Assembly (NCBI GenBank): GCA_937893485.1
Contig: CALBJL010000049.1
Coordinates: forward strand, 1-62,766
Source: an uncultured bacterium
GTDB taxonomy: Bacteria > Bacillota > Clostridia > Lachnospirales > Lachnospiraceae
DNA: 62,766 bases
Direction: 5' to 3'
Below are positions 52,810 to 62,314 of this stretch, piece after piece. The translations under genes were made by a program, and so were the position numbers. The notes under the pieces were generated by a model that did not search any database, was not told where the DNA came from, and saw nothing but the letters and a program-made list of their open reading frames with translations. The stretch's first letter is position 1. Each line of letters starts with the position of its first letter.

Positions 52810-53421
52810 ATGAGCAAATATGTAGTTACGATCACCAGACAGTTCGGCAGTCTGGGACGTCCGATCGCAAAGCGGATGAGTGAGCTGCTCGGAGTCGAAT
52901 ATTATGACAGAGATATTGTGGATCAGGCAGCACAGAAACTGAAGCTGCCGGTATCGGTTGTAGATCAGGAGGAGGAAAAAGCTGCAAAGCAGATTAAAAA
53001 TCCATTTTCCCGCATGCAGTTTCCTCTCGGAAAAGGAACGAGTTCGACGCAGGATGATATTTTTGAGGCACAGGAAAATATCATCAAGTTTCTGGCAGAA
53101 AAGGATAACTGCATTATCGTAGGGCGCTGCTCTGACTTTATTCTGAGTGAAGTGGAAAACAGTATGCATATTTATATCTATGCATCCTATGAGGCACGGC
53201 TCCGCCACTGCATCGAGGATCTTCAAATGGAAGAATCAGAGGCAAGACGCATGATCAAGAGCGTGGACGAAGCACGTGATTCCTACCATATGCAGTATGC
53301 AGGATTCCTGCCGGATGATAAGCGGCATAAGGATATCCTCATCGACAGCAGCCTGTTTGGAGTGGAAGGCACTGCGGAGTTTCTGGCAGATGCCGTGAGA
53401 CGCAAGTTTGGCGGAGAGTAG
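52810..53421 (+). CDS. Cytidylate kinase-like family protein
   Basis: VVTITRQFGSLG, YYDRDI, IIVGRC.D..L, DS..FG. Confidence 0.85.
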   Translation: MSKYVVTITRQFGSLGRPIAKRMSELLGVEYYDRDIVDQAAQKLKLPVSVVDQEEEKAAKQIKNPFSRMQFPLGKGTSSTQDDIFEAQENIIKFLAEKDNCIIVGRCSDFILSEVENSMHIYIYASYEARLRHCIEDLQMEESEARRMIKSVDEARDSYHMQYAGFLPDDKRHKDILIDSSLFGVEGTAEFLADAVRRKFGGE

Positions 53422-53471
53422 AACCGGAGAAGAAACGGCAATATTGCCGGAAAACGAGAGGAGAGATAGAC

Positions 53472-54827
53472 ATGAATACTGGTTTGATAGCGATCTTTAT
53501 TATTCTGTTTATTATCGTAGGAGCAATCTATACAAAAAAATGTGTGGAGTTTTTGATTGCAGGATCGCTGCTCGCGGCGCTGGTACTGTATAAGGGCAGT
53601 TTTATCACAGAGTGGTGTTCGGTGATGCAGACAGCGCTGGCGGATAATGTGTGGATTATCATTATCTGCGGACTGTTCGGCAGCCTGATTGCACTTTTGC
53701 AGGAGGCAAAGGGAAGCTTTGGATTTTCCAAGCTGGTAGAGAAGCTGTGTAACACAGAGCGCAAGACGCTGCTCACAACGTTTGTGCTCGGCATACTGAT
53801 CTTTGTCGATGACTACTTAAATGTATTGTCGATCGGTGTATGTATGAAGGGTGTGTTTGACAAGAAAAAGATTCCGCGTGAGACGCTGGCATATATGCTG
53901 GATTCCACGGCAGCTCCGGTCTGCGTGCTGCTTCCGTTTTCTACATGGGCAGTATTCTATGCGAGTCTGTTTTATGAGCAGGATTTTATAACCGGTGCGG
54001 GGTACACCTCCGGTATTGACGCATATATCCATGCGATTCCGTTCTGCTTTTACCCGATTATCACACTGATTATCGTACTGCTGTTTTCGCTCGGTATTAT
54101 GCCGAAGATTGGAGCAATGAAAAAGGCTTATCAGCGTGTCGCTGAGACCGGAAAGGTTTACTCTGATGCCAGCAGAAAATACAACCATGAAGAGCACGAA
54201 GGTTATGAGGAAGAAGGAAATATCTGGGATTTCATTATTCCGATGGGTGTGCTCGTAGGTGTTGCAATTGCTACCAGTGATGTGCTGGTTGCGGTTGTGC
54301 TGGCAATTCTCGCATGCTTTATCCTCTATGTACCGCGAAAAATCGTTACATTCGATAACTTTTTTAATATCGTGGCAAAGGGCTATGCAGATATGACTCC
54401 TGTTGCGATCCTGTTAGTGGTAGCGTTTGGCGTGCAGACGTTGACCTCTGATATGGGACTGGCAGATTATATCATCGAGACGATGACACCACTTTTGAGT
54501 GGAGCGACATTCCCGATGATCACCTTTATTCTGGTGGCTGCACTCGGATTTACAACCGGTTCGTTCTGGGGCATGTGTGCAGTCGTTACACCAATCGTAT
54601 TCCCGTTGGCAGCAGCAGTTGGCGCAAACCCGGTGCTTGTCATGAGTGCAGTTGTATCCGGTGGCGCATTCGGAAGCCATGCATGCTTTTACGGTGATGC
54701 GACCGTGCTTGCTTCGACAGGAGCATGTATCGACAACATGGAGCATACCATGACGCAGCTGCCATATGTGCTGATTGCGAGTGTACTTACGATCGCGGCT
54801 TATCTGGTCTGTGGAATCATCATGTAG
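53472..54827 (+). CDS. NhaC-family (ion transporter superfamily) membrane transporter, probable amine/amino-acid importer
   Basis: About 12 TMs, IFVDDY, DSTAAP, TTGSFWG, GGAFGSH..D.TVL.S. Confidence 0.8.
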   Translation: MNTGLIAIFIILFIIVGAIYTKKCVEFLIAGSLLAALVLYKGSFITEWCSVMQTALADNVWIIIICGLFGSLIALLQEAKGSFGFSKLVEKLCNTERKTLLTTFVLGILIFVDDYLNVLSIGVCMKGVFDKKKIPRETLAYMLDSTAAPVCVLLPFSTWAVFYASLFYEQDFITGAGYTSGIDAYIHAIPFCFYPIITLIIVLLFSLGIMPKIGAMKKAYQRVAETGKVYSDASRKYNHEEHEGYEEEGNIWDFIIPMGVLVGVAIATSDVLVAVVLAILACFILYVPRKIVTFDNFFNIVAKGYADMTPVAILLVVAFGVQTLTSDMGLADYIIETMTPLLSGATFPMITFILVAALGFTTGSFWGMCAVVTPIVFPLAAAVGANPVLVMSAVVSGGAFGSHACFYGDATVLASTGACIDNMEHTMTQLPYVLIASVLTIAAYLVCGIIM

Positions 54828-54878
54828 ATATATTTTTACATGGGCCGCGGTCTCTATTATTAAAAGGGGGATTAGCCA

Positions 54879-56504
54879 ATGAGTTTTTTGATCAGAAGTA
54901 AAAACGTGTTTACCGGGCTCGCGGATCATCCGCAGCCCGCGTCTATATTGGTGGATGGCTCACAGATCAAAGCTGTTTTGCCGTGGGATTACGACAAAGC
55001 TGCCTACGCAGGTGTGGAATGCAGAGATTACGGAGAGCAGATGGTCATGCCCTCGTTTATTGATGCGCACACGCATATGTTTTCCGGTGCGATTGATGCC
55101 AGCGATTATGTGTGTGATACGTTAGGCGAATGTACCTCACAGGAGGAATGTGCGAAGATGATCGCAGATTATGCCGCCGAGCATCCGAACCAGAGACGCA
55201 TCCGTGGTGTCGGCTGGTTTGTCGGAGCGTGGAATGATGCGCCGCTGCCGGATCGCCGCAGTCTCGATGCGTTGATCCCGGATCGCCCGGTTTATATGCT
55301 GTGTGCGGATTCACACAGTATGTGGCTGAATACAAAGGCGATGGAAGAAACCGGATATACGCCTGGTTTTGCGGTGGAAAACGGTGAGGTGTGCCATTTT
55401 CCTGACGGATCGCTGTCTGGATTGTTTATCGAACCGGCAGCCTATGAACCGGCAATGCAAAAATATATGGAATTTTCCGCAACTGAGATGGCAGGCATCC
55501 ATCAGGGATTTCAGGAGGAACTGGCATCGTATGGTATTGCAGGAGTCAGCGAGATGTTTGCGGATGATTACACTGATGACACACGCACCCGTTACAGACA
55601 GCTGGTAGCGCTGGATGAGAAAAAAGGGCTGTATGCACACACATTTATCTATACAAAGCTGTTTGATTACACGGATTTTACACCGTATTTTGAACTGAAA
55701 AAGGAGATTGACTCCGCACATGTACATATCAACGGAGTAAAGGGCTTCATTGACGGCGTGACGGAGACTTACACCGGACTGTTATTAGAGCCGTATACCG
55801 ACCGTCCGGAGACCTGCGGCGAGGGATTGCCGCTTCATCCGGCAGCACGTATGCAGGAGGAGATCACGGCTGCGAACAAGGCGGGCATTCAGGTACGCCT
55901 GCACTGTATCGCAGACGGTTCGGTGCGTATGGCACTCGATCTGTATGAACAGGCACAGAAGGAAAGCGGCTGGGATACATCTGTACACCAGAATACGATT
56001 GAGCATATAGAGAATATCCATCCGGATGACATCGACCGTTTTGCAAAGCTGGGCGTGATTCCCTCCATGCAGCCGTATCATGTGACGCTGTCCAACGGCG
56101 GAAAAGTATGGCGGCTCGGTGAGGAGCGCTGCAGGCTCGAGTTTCCGATCCGCACGATCTACGATCACGGTGGACAGATCGCACTCGGCACAGATTATCC
56201 GGTTGTGACGATCAATCCGTTTGTGACGATCTATGCGGCGCTGACGCGGTGCAATGATGAGGGACAGCCGACCGGCTGCAATGCGGCAACCGAAAAACTG
56301 CCGCTGCCTGTGATCCTGAAGGCATACACAGACGGAGCTGCGCGCGTTTATCACGCACAGGATCAGATGGGTACGATTGAGCCCGGCAAGCAGGCAAACA
56401 TCATTGTTTTAACGCAAAATTTATTTGAGATACCACCGGAAAAGATTCGTGATACAAAGGTAGCAGTGAATTATTTTGAGGGTAGTGTGGTATATGGTGA
56501 ATAA
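54879..56504 (+). CDS. Amidohydrolase family 3 (YtcJ-like)
   Basis: PSFIDAHTH, DSHSMWLN, KGFIDG, HCIAD, IEHIE, GTDYP, GTIEPGK. Confidence 0.9.
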   Translation: MSFLIRSKNVFTGLADHPQPASILVDGSQIKAVLPWDYDKAAYAGVECRDYGEQMVMPSFIDAHTHMFSGAIDASDYVCDTLGECTSQEECAKMIADYAAEHPNQRRIRGVGWFVGAWNDAPLPDRRSLDALIPDRPVYMLCADSHSMWLNTKAMEETGYTPGFAVENGEVCHFPDGSLSGLFIEPAAYEPAMQKYMEFSATEMAGIHQGFQEELASYGIAGVSEMFADDYTDDTRTRYRQLVALDEKKGLYAHTFIYTKLFDYTDFTPYFELKKEIDSAHVHINGVKGFIDGVTETYTGLLLEPYTDRPETCGEGLPLHPAARMQEEITAANKAGIQVRLHCIADGSVRMALDLYEQAQKESGWDTSVHQNTIEHIENIHPDDIDRFAKLGVIPSMQPYHVTLSNGGKVWRLGEERCRLEFPIRTIYDHGGQIALGTDYPVVTINPFVTIYAALTRCNDEGQPTGCNAATEKLPLPVILKAYTDGAARVYHAQDQMGTIEPGKQANIIVLTQNLFEIPPEKIRDTKVAVNYFEGSVVYGE

Positions 56505-56519
56505 AGGCAGGTGATAGAT

Positions 56520-56990
56520 ATGTTTCGGGAAATGAGACTGACCAAGCAGCAGTTGTCGAAAGAGGAGACAGAGACGATTCTGCGCATGAAAGGAACCGGC
56601 ACACTCGCGCTTGCGGGTGACGACGGATATCCGTATTCCGTTCCGGTCAATTATATATATGTGGATGGCTGTATTTATTTTCACGGCGCCCTGCAAGGGC
56701 ATAAATGTGATGCGATCGCCAGAGAGCCAAAGGCTTCCATGAGTGTGATCGGAGCCGATACACTCATACCGGAAAAATACACGACCGACTACCGCAGTGT
56801 GATCGCTTTCGGTGAGATCCACCCGGTTGTCGATGATGAAAAAAAGCGGGCGGTTATCCGCCAGATCGGTATGCGGTTTTGCAGTGGATATGCGGATGGA
56901 ATTGATGCCGAAATCGACAGGGAATGGGATATTCTAAATGTTTATGAGATGAAAATTATACATATGACCGGAAAACGGGCAATGGTTTAA
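56520..56990 (+). CDS. Pyridoxamine 5'-phosphate oxidase-like / NimA-like flavin-binding protein
   Basis: MFREMR, GTLAL..DGYPYSVP, IYFHGA..GHK, YRSVIAFG. Confidence 0.85.
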   Translation: MFREMRLTKQQLSKEETETILRMKGTGTLALAGDDGYPYSVPVNYIYVDGCIYFHGALQGHKCDAIAREPKASMSVIGADTLIPEKYTTDYRSVIAFGEIHPVVDDEKKRAVIRQIGMRFCSGYADGIDAEIDREWDILNVYEMKIIHMTGKRAMV

Positions 56991-57008
56991 ATAACAGGAG
57001 GAATCATT

Positions 57009-57863
57009 ATGAGAAACGTAACAGTAGCTGCGACGCAGATGGCTTGTAGCTGGGATAGAGAGGACACATTAAAAAAGGCAGACAAATTGGTGCGCGAGGC
57101 AGCAGCCAAAGGAGCAAATATCATTTTACTGCAGGAGCTGTTCGAGACACCGTATTTTTGCCAGAAGCATGATTTTGCGTATATGGAACTGTCAATGCCG
57201 GTGGATAAAAATCCCGCAGTTGCCCATTTCAAGAAGGTCGCAAAGGAGTTATCAGTCGTGCTGCCGATCAGCTTTTTCGAGCGTGCCGGAAATATGATGT
57301 ACAACAGCATCGCAGTCATTGATGCGGACGGTACGCTGCTCGGTATTTACCGTAAGACCCATATTCCGGATGGAGCGCCTTATGCCGAAAAATTCTATTT
57401 TTCACCCGGAGATACCGGATTTAAGGTGTGGGATACAAAATACGGCAAGATCGGTATCGGCATCTGCTGGGATCAGTGGTTTCCTGAGACCGCTCGCTGT
57501 CTCGCACTGATGGGTGCGGAAATCCTGTTGTACCCGACGGCGATCGGTTCGGAACCGACACTTGATATTGATTCTAAACCGCATTGGCAGCATGCGATGC
57601 AGGGTCATGCGGCAGCCAATATTATGCCGGTGATCGCGTCAAACCGCATTGGTTACGAGAAACAGGATGATTCCGAGATGACTTTCTATGGATCTTCCTT
57701 TATCGCCGATGAGACCGGAGAGATCGTGGAGGAGGCAGACAGAGAGTCAGAAATGGTACTTACGCATACATTTGATCTGGATGCGATTGATGTCAAGCGC
57801 AGGCAGTGGGGTGTGTATCGCGACCGCAGACCTTCCATGTATGGCAGATTGATGGAAAAATAA
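57009..57863 (+). CDS. aguB: N-carbamoylputrescine amidase
   Basis: LQELFETPYFCQ, YRKTHIP, EKFYF.PGDTG, ICWDQWFPE, YPTAIGSEP. Confidence 0.93.
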   Translation: MRNVTVAATQMACSWDREDTLKKADKLVREAAAKGANIILLQELFETPYFCQKHDFAYMELSMPVDKNPAVAHFKKVAKELSVVLPISFFERAGNMMYNSIAVIDADGTLLGIYRKTHIPDGAPYAEKFYFSPGDTGFKVWDTKYGKIGIGICWDQWFPETARCLALMGAEILLYPTAIGSEPTLDIDSKPHWQHAMQGHAAANIMPVIASNRIGYEKQDDSEMTFYGSSFIADETGEIVEEADRESEMVLTHTFDLDAIDVKRRQWGVYRDRRPSMYGRLMEK

Positions 57864-57884
57864 TCAAAAAAGGAGACAGAGCTT

Positions 57885-59366
57885 ATGATCAAAAAGAAAT
57901 TATTTATAGATGGCGCATGGGTAGACGGCTGCGGGGGAAAGACCTTTACATCGATCAATCCGTCCAACGGTGAAGTGATCGCAGAGGTCGCAGAGGCAGG
58001 GATCGCGGATGTACGCGCCGCAGTTGCAGCCGCAAAGCGCTCGTTCTATGAGACGAGAGAGTGGCGTGACATGGATTCGCAGGCACGCGGAGATATGCTT
58101 TTAAAGATCGCAGATAAGATCGAGGAACATGCAGACGAGTTCGCCAGACTTGATGTCATTGATATGGGTAAGCCGTTACGCGAGGCAGCCTGTGATGTGG
58201 ATGATGCGGTACATTGTTTCCGTTACTATGCGAGCCTGATCAAGACTCCGCATGGCGGCTACTATGAGGTCAATACCGGATTTGGCGAGATGTACAGCTA
58301 TACCGTACATGAGCCGGTTGGTGTGTGTGCAGAGATTACACCGTGGAACTATCCGCTGCTCATGGGGGTCTGGAAGCTGGCACCGTCACTGGCAGCAGGA
58401 AACAGCGTCGTATTTAAGCCTGCGACTGTCTGTGTATTATCCTGCATCCGTTTATTTGAGATTTTTGAGGAATGCGGCATGCCAAAAGGCTCTGTAAACC
58501 TCGTTATGGGACCCGGCGGAGTCATCGGTGATGAGCTTGCTGCCAATCCGGATGTAGATATGATTACTTTTACCGGCAGTACCGAGGTCGGTCAGTCGAT
58601 TATGCGTCAGGCAGCGACCAACGTCAAAAAGATTGGTCTGGAGCTTGGTGGAAAGTCACCGAATGTCATCTTTGCAGACGCGGATCTGGAGGGAGCTGTC
58701 GAGTGGGCAATGGTCGGAATTTTCCTGAATCAGGGTGAAATCTGCTCTGCCGGCAGCCGGATTCTCGTCGAGGAGAGCATCCACGATGCATTTGTAAAAC
58801 GTCTCGTAGAGCGTGCGAATGCGATTACGATCGGCAATCCGCTGGATAATCCTGATATGGGAGCGATGGTCAGCGAGAGCCATATGAACAAGGTATTGGC
58901 ATACATTGAAAAAGGAAAGGCAGAAGGTGCGACACTCGCCTGCGGCGGCGAGCGCTATACCGAGGGCGAATGTGCAAAGGGATATTTCCTGCGCCCGACG
59001 GTATTTGACAACTGTACATCCGATATGACGATCGTGAAAGAGGAGATCTTCGGACCGGTCGTAACCGTGCAGACGTTCAAAACAGAGAAAGAAGCGATCG
59101 ACATGGCAAACGATACACCGTATGGTCTGGCAGGAGGTGTATCTACCAGCGATGGAGCACGCGCACTGCGTGTCATCAAGGAGATCCGTGCGGGCATCAC
59201 GTGGATCAACTGCTACAATCCGGCATTCAATGAGGCTCCGTGGGGCGGCTACAAAATGAGCGGCATCGGCAGAGAACTCGGTGTACACGGACTGGAGGAG
59301 TATCAGGAGATCAAGCAGATCAATATCAACCTGCATCCCGGTGTGCTTGGATGGTATGAGCATTGA
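57885..59366 (+). CDS. NAD-dependent aldehyde dehydrogenase (probable 4-aminobutanal dehydrogenase)
   Basis: PWNYP, FTGS, LELGGKSP, QGEICSAG, EEIFGP; substrate inferred from context. Confidence 0.88.
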   Translation: MIKKKLFIDGAWVDGCGGKTFTSINPSNGEVIAEVAEAGIADVRAAVAAAKRSFYETREWRDMDSQARGDMLLKIADKIEEHADEFARLDVIDMGKPLREAACDVDDAVHCFRYYASLIKTPHGGYYEVNTGFGEMYSYTVHEPVGVCAEITPWNYPLLMGVWKLAPSLAAGNSVVFKPATVCVLSCIRLFEIFEECGMPKGSVNLVMGPGGVIGDELAANPDVDMITFTGSTEVGQSIMRQAATNVKKIGLELGGKSPNVIFADADLEGAVEWAMVGIFLNQGEICSAGSRILVEESIHDAFVKRLVERANAITIGNPLDNPDMGAMVSESHMNKVLAYIEKGKAEGATLACGGERYTEGECAKGYFLRPTVFDNCTSDMTIVKEEIFGPVVTVQTFKTEKEAIDMANDTPYGLAGGVSTSDGARALRVIKEIRAGITWINCYNPAFNEAPWGGYKMSGIGRELGVHGLEEYQEIKQININLHPGVLGWYEH

Positions 59367-59392
59367 TCGGAACAACTTAGATAGAGGAACGC

Positions 59393-59427
59393 AAGGGCAG
59401 TCATCCGTGGTGGGTGACTGCCTTTTT
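59393..59427 (+). terminator. Terminator of the polyamine operon
   Basis: GGCAGTCA/TGACTGCC followed by T5. Confidence 0.85.
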
Positions 59428-59448
59428 CAAAATAAAAATGAAATTCTA

Positions 59449-59477
59449 TTGACACAGATGCAATATCTTTTTATACT
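59449..59477 (+). promoter_or_regulatory. Strong sigma-70 promoter of the kinase module
   Basis: TTGACA-N17-TATACT. Confidence 0.8.
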
Positions 59478-59529
59478 CAAATCAGTTTATTTTGTGTAAA
59501 TATGGCAGCAGTTCAAAGGAGATGGGCGA

Positions 59530-60393
59530 ATGCAGGCGGTTGATTTCTCAAATTGTAAGTTAAGCGGAAAATATTATGGAGGGTCTGAACGTAAACTGGG
59601 AATCGTGCTGAATGGAGAGGACTATATGTTGAAGTTCCAGAAGCAGACAGCCTTTGGCAGACGAAATAATCATATTTCGGAGTATTTAGGGTCGCATATT
59701 TTTGAATTGTGTGGATTTTCTGCACACAAGACGTTTCTGGGTTATTGGAATCAGGAACAGGTAGTTGCATGTAAAGATTTTAATGTATCCGGCAAACAGT
59801 TTGTTCCGTTTAATGAAGTTGGGGAAAGTACATTAGATCAAGATAAGGAAGTATATCAATATGATTATAAAGATATTATGCAGATGTTGCGTGATAATTC
59901 AAAGTTGACCAATGTAAAAGAAACGATTTCTGCGTTTTGGGAAATATATGTCATAGATGCGTTGCTTGGGAATTTTGACCGACATGGATCTAACTGGGGG
60001 TTTATCAAGGAAAATAATTGTTATTCCCTGGCTCCGGTGTTTGATAATGGATCTTCGTTGTATCCTGCACTGGTCGATGAAAATGAGATGAAGCATATTA
60101 TGAAGTCTCAAGAGGAAACTGATAAAAGGATATTTGCATTTCCGACATCACAGGTGAAGCTGAATGGGAAAAAAAGTTCCTATTATGAGGTGATATACAG
60201 TATGGAGTTTCCAGAGTGTAATGAAGCCTTGCGCAATGTATATCAGAGGATTGGAATGGGAAATATACAGAAACTGATTGAAGATACACCACTTATTTCC
60301 GACACACAAAAAATGTTTTATATGCATATGATACAGGCACGCTATGAAAAAATTATAAAAGCGTCATATGATAGATTGATTCAGAGAGGATAA
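59530..60393 (+). CDS. HipA/CtkA-like Ser/Thr kinase (core domain only)
   Basis: YGGSERK loop, YMLKF, SEYLG, DALLGNFDRHGSNWG, LAPVFDNGSSL. Confidence 0.85.
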   Translation: MQAVDFSNCKLSGKYYGGSERKLGIVLNGEDYMLKFQKQTAFGRRNNHISEYLGSHIFELCGFSAHKTFLGYWNQEQVVACKDFNVSGKQFVPFNEVGESTLDQDKEVYQYDYKDIMQMLRDNSKLTNVKETISAFWEIYVIDALLGNFDRHGSNWGFIKENNCYSLAPVFDNGSSLYPALVDENEMKHIMKSQEETDKRIFAFPTSQVKLNGKKSSYYEVIYSMEFPECNEALRNVYQRIGMGNIQKLIEDTPLISDTQKMFYMHMIQARYEKIIKASYDRLIQRG

Positions 60394-60397
60394 TTCA

Positions 60398-61174
60398 ATG
60401 AGAGAAGTGATAACAGATGGCAGCATTTGTCTGGATGATGAATATGGTTTTACCTATCATGTTGCGGATATACGATATATTGAGCGTGAGGATGAAAGCT
60501 ATTGCTATGAGTTTCGACCGGATTATAGTGTGATAGAGTTGTTAAATGTGAAGATTTATCAGGGGATTCCCGGATTGGATCTGAGTTTGAAAAAAGAGGT
60601 CTATGTGCGTGAAAATATGGTTCCGGTTTTTATCAGTGAGCGGACTCCAGGGGAGAATCGCGAGGATCTATGGGAGCTGCTAAAGGCATGCAATATGGAA
60701 TATCTCAATCGTCTGGAGTGGCTGATTCGTACCGACACGCGATATCCAGGGGACGGATTTTATGTATGCAGAGCCGAAAAAAGGAAAATTGTTTGTATTT
60801 CGTCTATCGCAGAGCTTGGAAATCGCAGCTCAGTAATCAGCCGGAAGGTGCTGGAAGTGATTTGTGCAGGTGGAGAGATTCATACGGATGCATTTACCAT
60901 CTCAGACAGTAACCGTAGATCCTATTATGAATTGTTTCTGGCATTATATACATGTGAAAAAAAGTATATGGACGACAGGCGCAGGGATGGAATTGGAAAG
61001 TCTGTAAAACAGGGAAAATATACCGGAAGATCTCGAATTAAACTCGATCCACTGGAAATGCAGGAGATTTTTGAGGCGTATGAGGCAGGAACGCTGACCA
61101 GCAAAGCGGCAGCAGAGCGGTTGGGCATCAGTGCGTCGACTTTTTATAGGAGATATAAAGAATATCATAAATAA
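60398..61174 (+). CDS. Putative antitoxin/regulator: HipA-N-like domain plus degenerate resolvase arm and HTH
   Basis: PVFISERTP..NREDL..LL..D.FYV; RRRDGI..VKQGKYTGR; AAERLGISASTFYRR. Confidence 0.6.
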   Translation: MREVITDGSICLDDEYGFTYHVADIRYIEREDESYCYEFRPDYSVIELLNVKIYQGIPGLDLSLKKEVYVRENMVPVFISERTPGENREDLWELLKACNMEYLNRLEWLIRTDTRYPGDGFYVCRAEKRKIVCISSIAELGNRSSVISRKVLEVICAGGEIHTDAFTISDSNRRSYYELFLALYTCEKKYMDDRRRDGIGKSVKQGKYTGRSRIKLDPLEMQEIFEAYEAGTLTSKAAAERLGISASTFYRRYKEYHK

Positions 61175-61315
61175 TAGGCAAAAGATGAGGGTGAAGCATC
61201 AGTTGCCTATCACACTTTTTTCCGCTATAATATTGCAGGGATTCTAATATCGGATTAAAGTATAAAAAACGGAAAAGGTCAATTACGGGTTGGAAAGGCT
61301 GGGAGATAAAAAGCA

Positions 61316-62197
61316 ATGATGAAGAAAATTTTTTACAAACAGCGCGCAGATTTTGAGCGTTCCACTGCCGCGCGGGATAAGGAGCTGACATTTCCGGAGG
61401 ATGTCTGTGAGACAAAGGATATCCGTTACAGTGAGGATGCGTGCGATGCCCATCGCATGGACATCTTTCGTCCGAAGGGAAGGGAGCAGGAGATTTTGCC
61501 GGTGATCGTAAATATTCACGGCGGTGGTCTGGTGCTTGGCAGCAAGGAATTTAACCGGTTTTATTGTGCCAAATTGAGTGAACAGGGATTTCTGGTATAC
61601 AGTCTTGAGTACCGGCTGGTGCCGGATTGTACAATTTTCGATCAGATTTCTGATCTTTCACTGGCGATGGAAGCGATCAGGGAGCGCCTGTCACGCGATC
61701 AGGGGGATGCGGAGCATGTCTATGCAGTCGCAGACAGCGGTGGTGCCTGCCTCTTGACGTATTTTGCCGCAATGCAAAACAACCGGGAGCTGGCGGATGC
61801 TGCACAGATTACGCCGTCGCAGCTGCCGCTTCGCGCACTCGGTCTTATCAGCGGAATGTTTTATACGACAGGCTTTGATCAGATCGGCTTATTCCTGCCG
61901 AAATACCTCTATGGCAGAAACTATAAAAAGGGAGCCTTTGCGCCTTACGTGAATCCGGAGCATCCGGCAGTCGTCGGTTCTCTGCCTCCGTGTTATCTGG
62001 TCACGAGTAAAAAGGACCATTTGCAGCGTTATACCCTGCGCTTTAAGCAGGCGCTCGCAGACAATCAGGTGCCTTACCGCCTGCAAAATTTTTGCAAAAA
62101 TCCACAACTGACCCATGCGTTTAGCGTGTTTTTCCCTTTTTTAAAGGAGAGTGACGAATCCATACAGTGCATGGTCGATTTTTTGAGGAAATATTAG
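61316..62197 (+). CDS. Alpha/beta hydrolase (HSL-like esterase)
   Basis: IHGGG, EYRL.P, ADSGG nucleophile elbow, D and HAF. Confidence 0.88.
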   Translation: MMKKIFYKQRADFERSTAARDKELTFPEDVCETKDIRYSEDACDAHRMDIFRPKGREQEILPVIVNIHGGGLVLGSKEFNRFYCAKLSEQGFLVYSLEYRLVPDCTIFDQISDLSLAMEAIRERLSRDQGDAEHVYAVADSGGACLLTYFAAMQNNRELADAAQITPSQLPLRALGLISGMFYTTGFDQIGLFLPKYLYGRNYKKGAFAPYVNPEHPAVVGSLPPCYLVTSKKDHLQRYTLRFKQALADNQVPYRLQNFCKNPQLTHAFSVFFPFLKESDESIQCMVDFLRKY

Positions 62198-62314
62198 AAT
62201 TGTTGTAGTTAAATCTTCCATTGAATTTCAAGTATTTAGAAATTATAATGGAAACGTACATGATGAGATTGTTAGATTTTAAATGAAAATCGCAGGAAAG
62301 AAAGTGTGAAAATA

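Noticed and set aside
60398..61174. Functional serine recombinase marking a transposon
   Set aside because: No N-terminal YxRVS catalytic motif, and no transposase or terminal repeats seen
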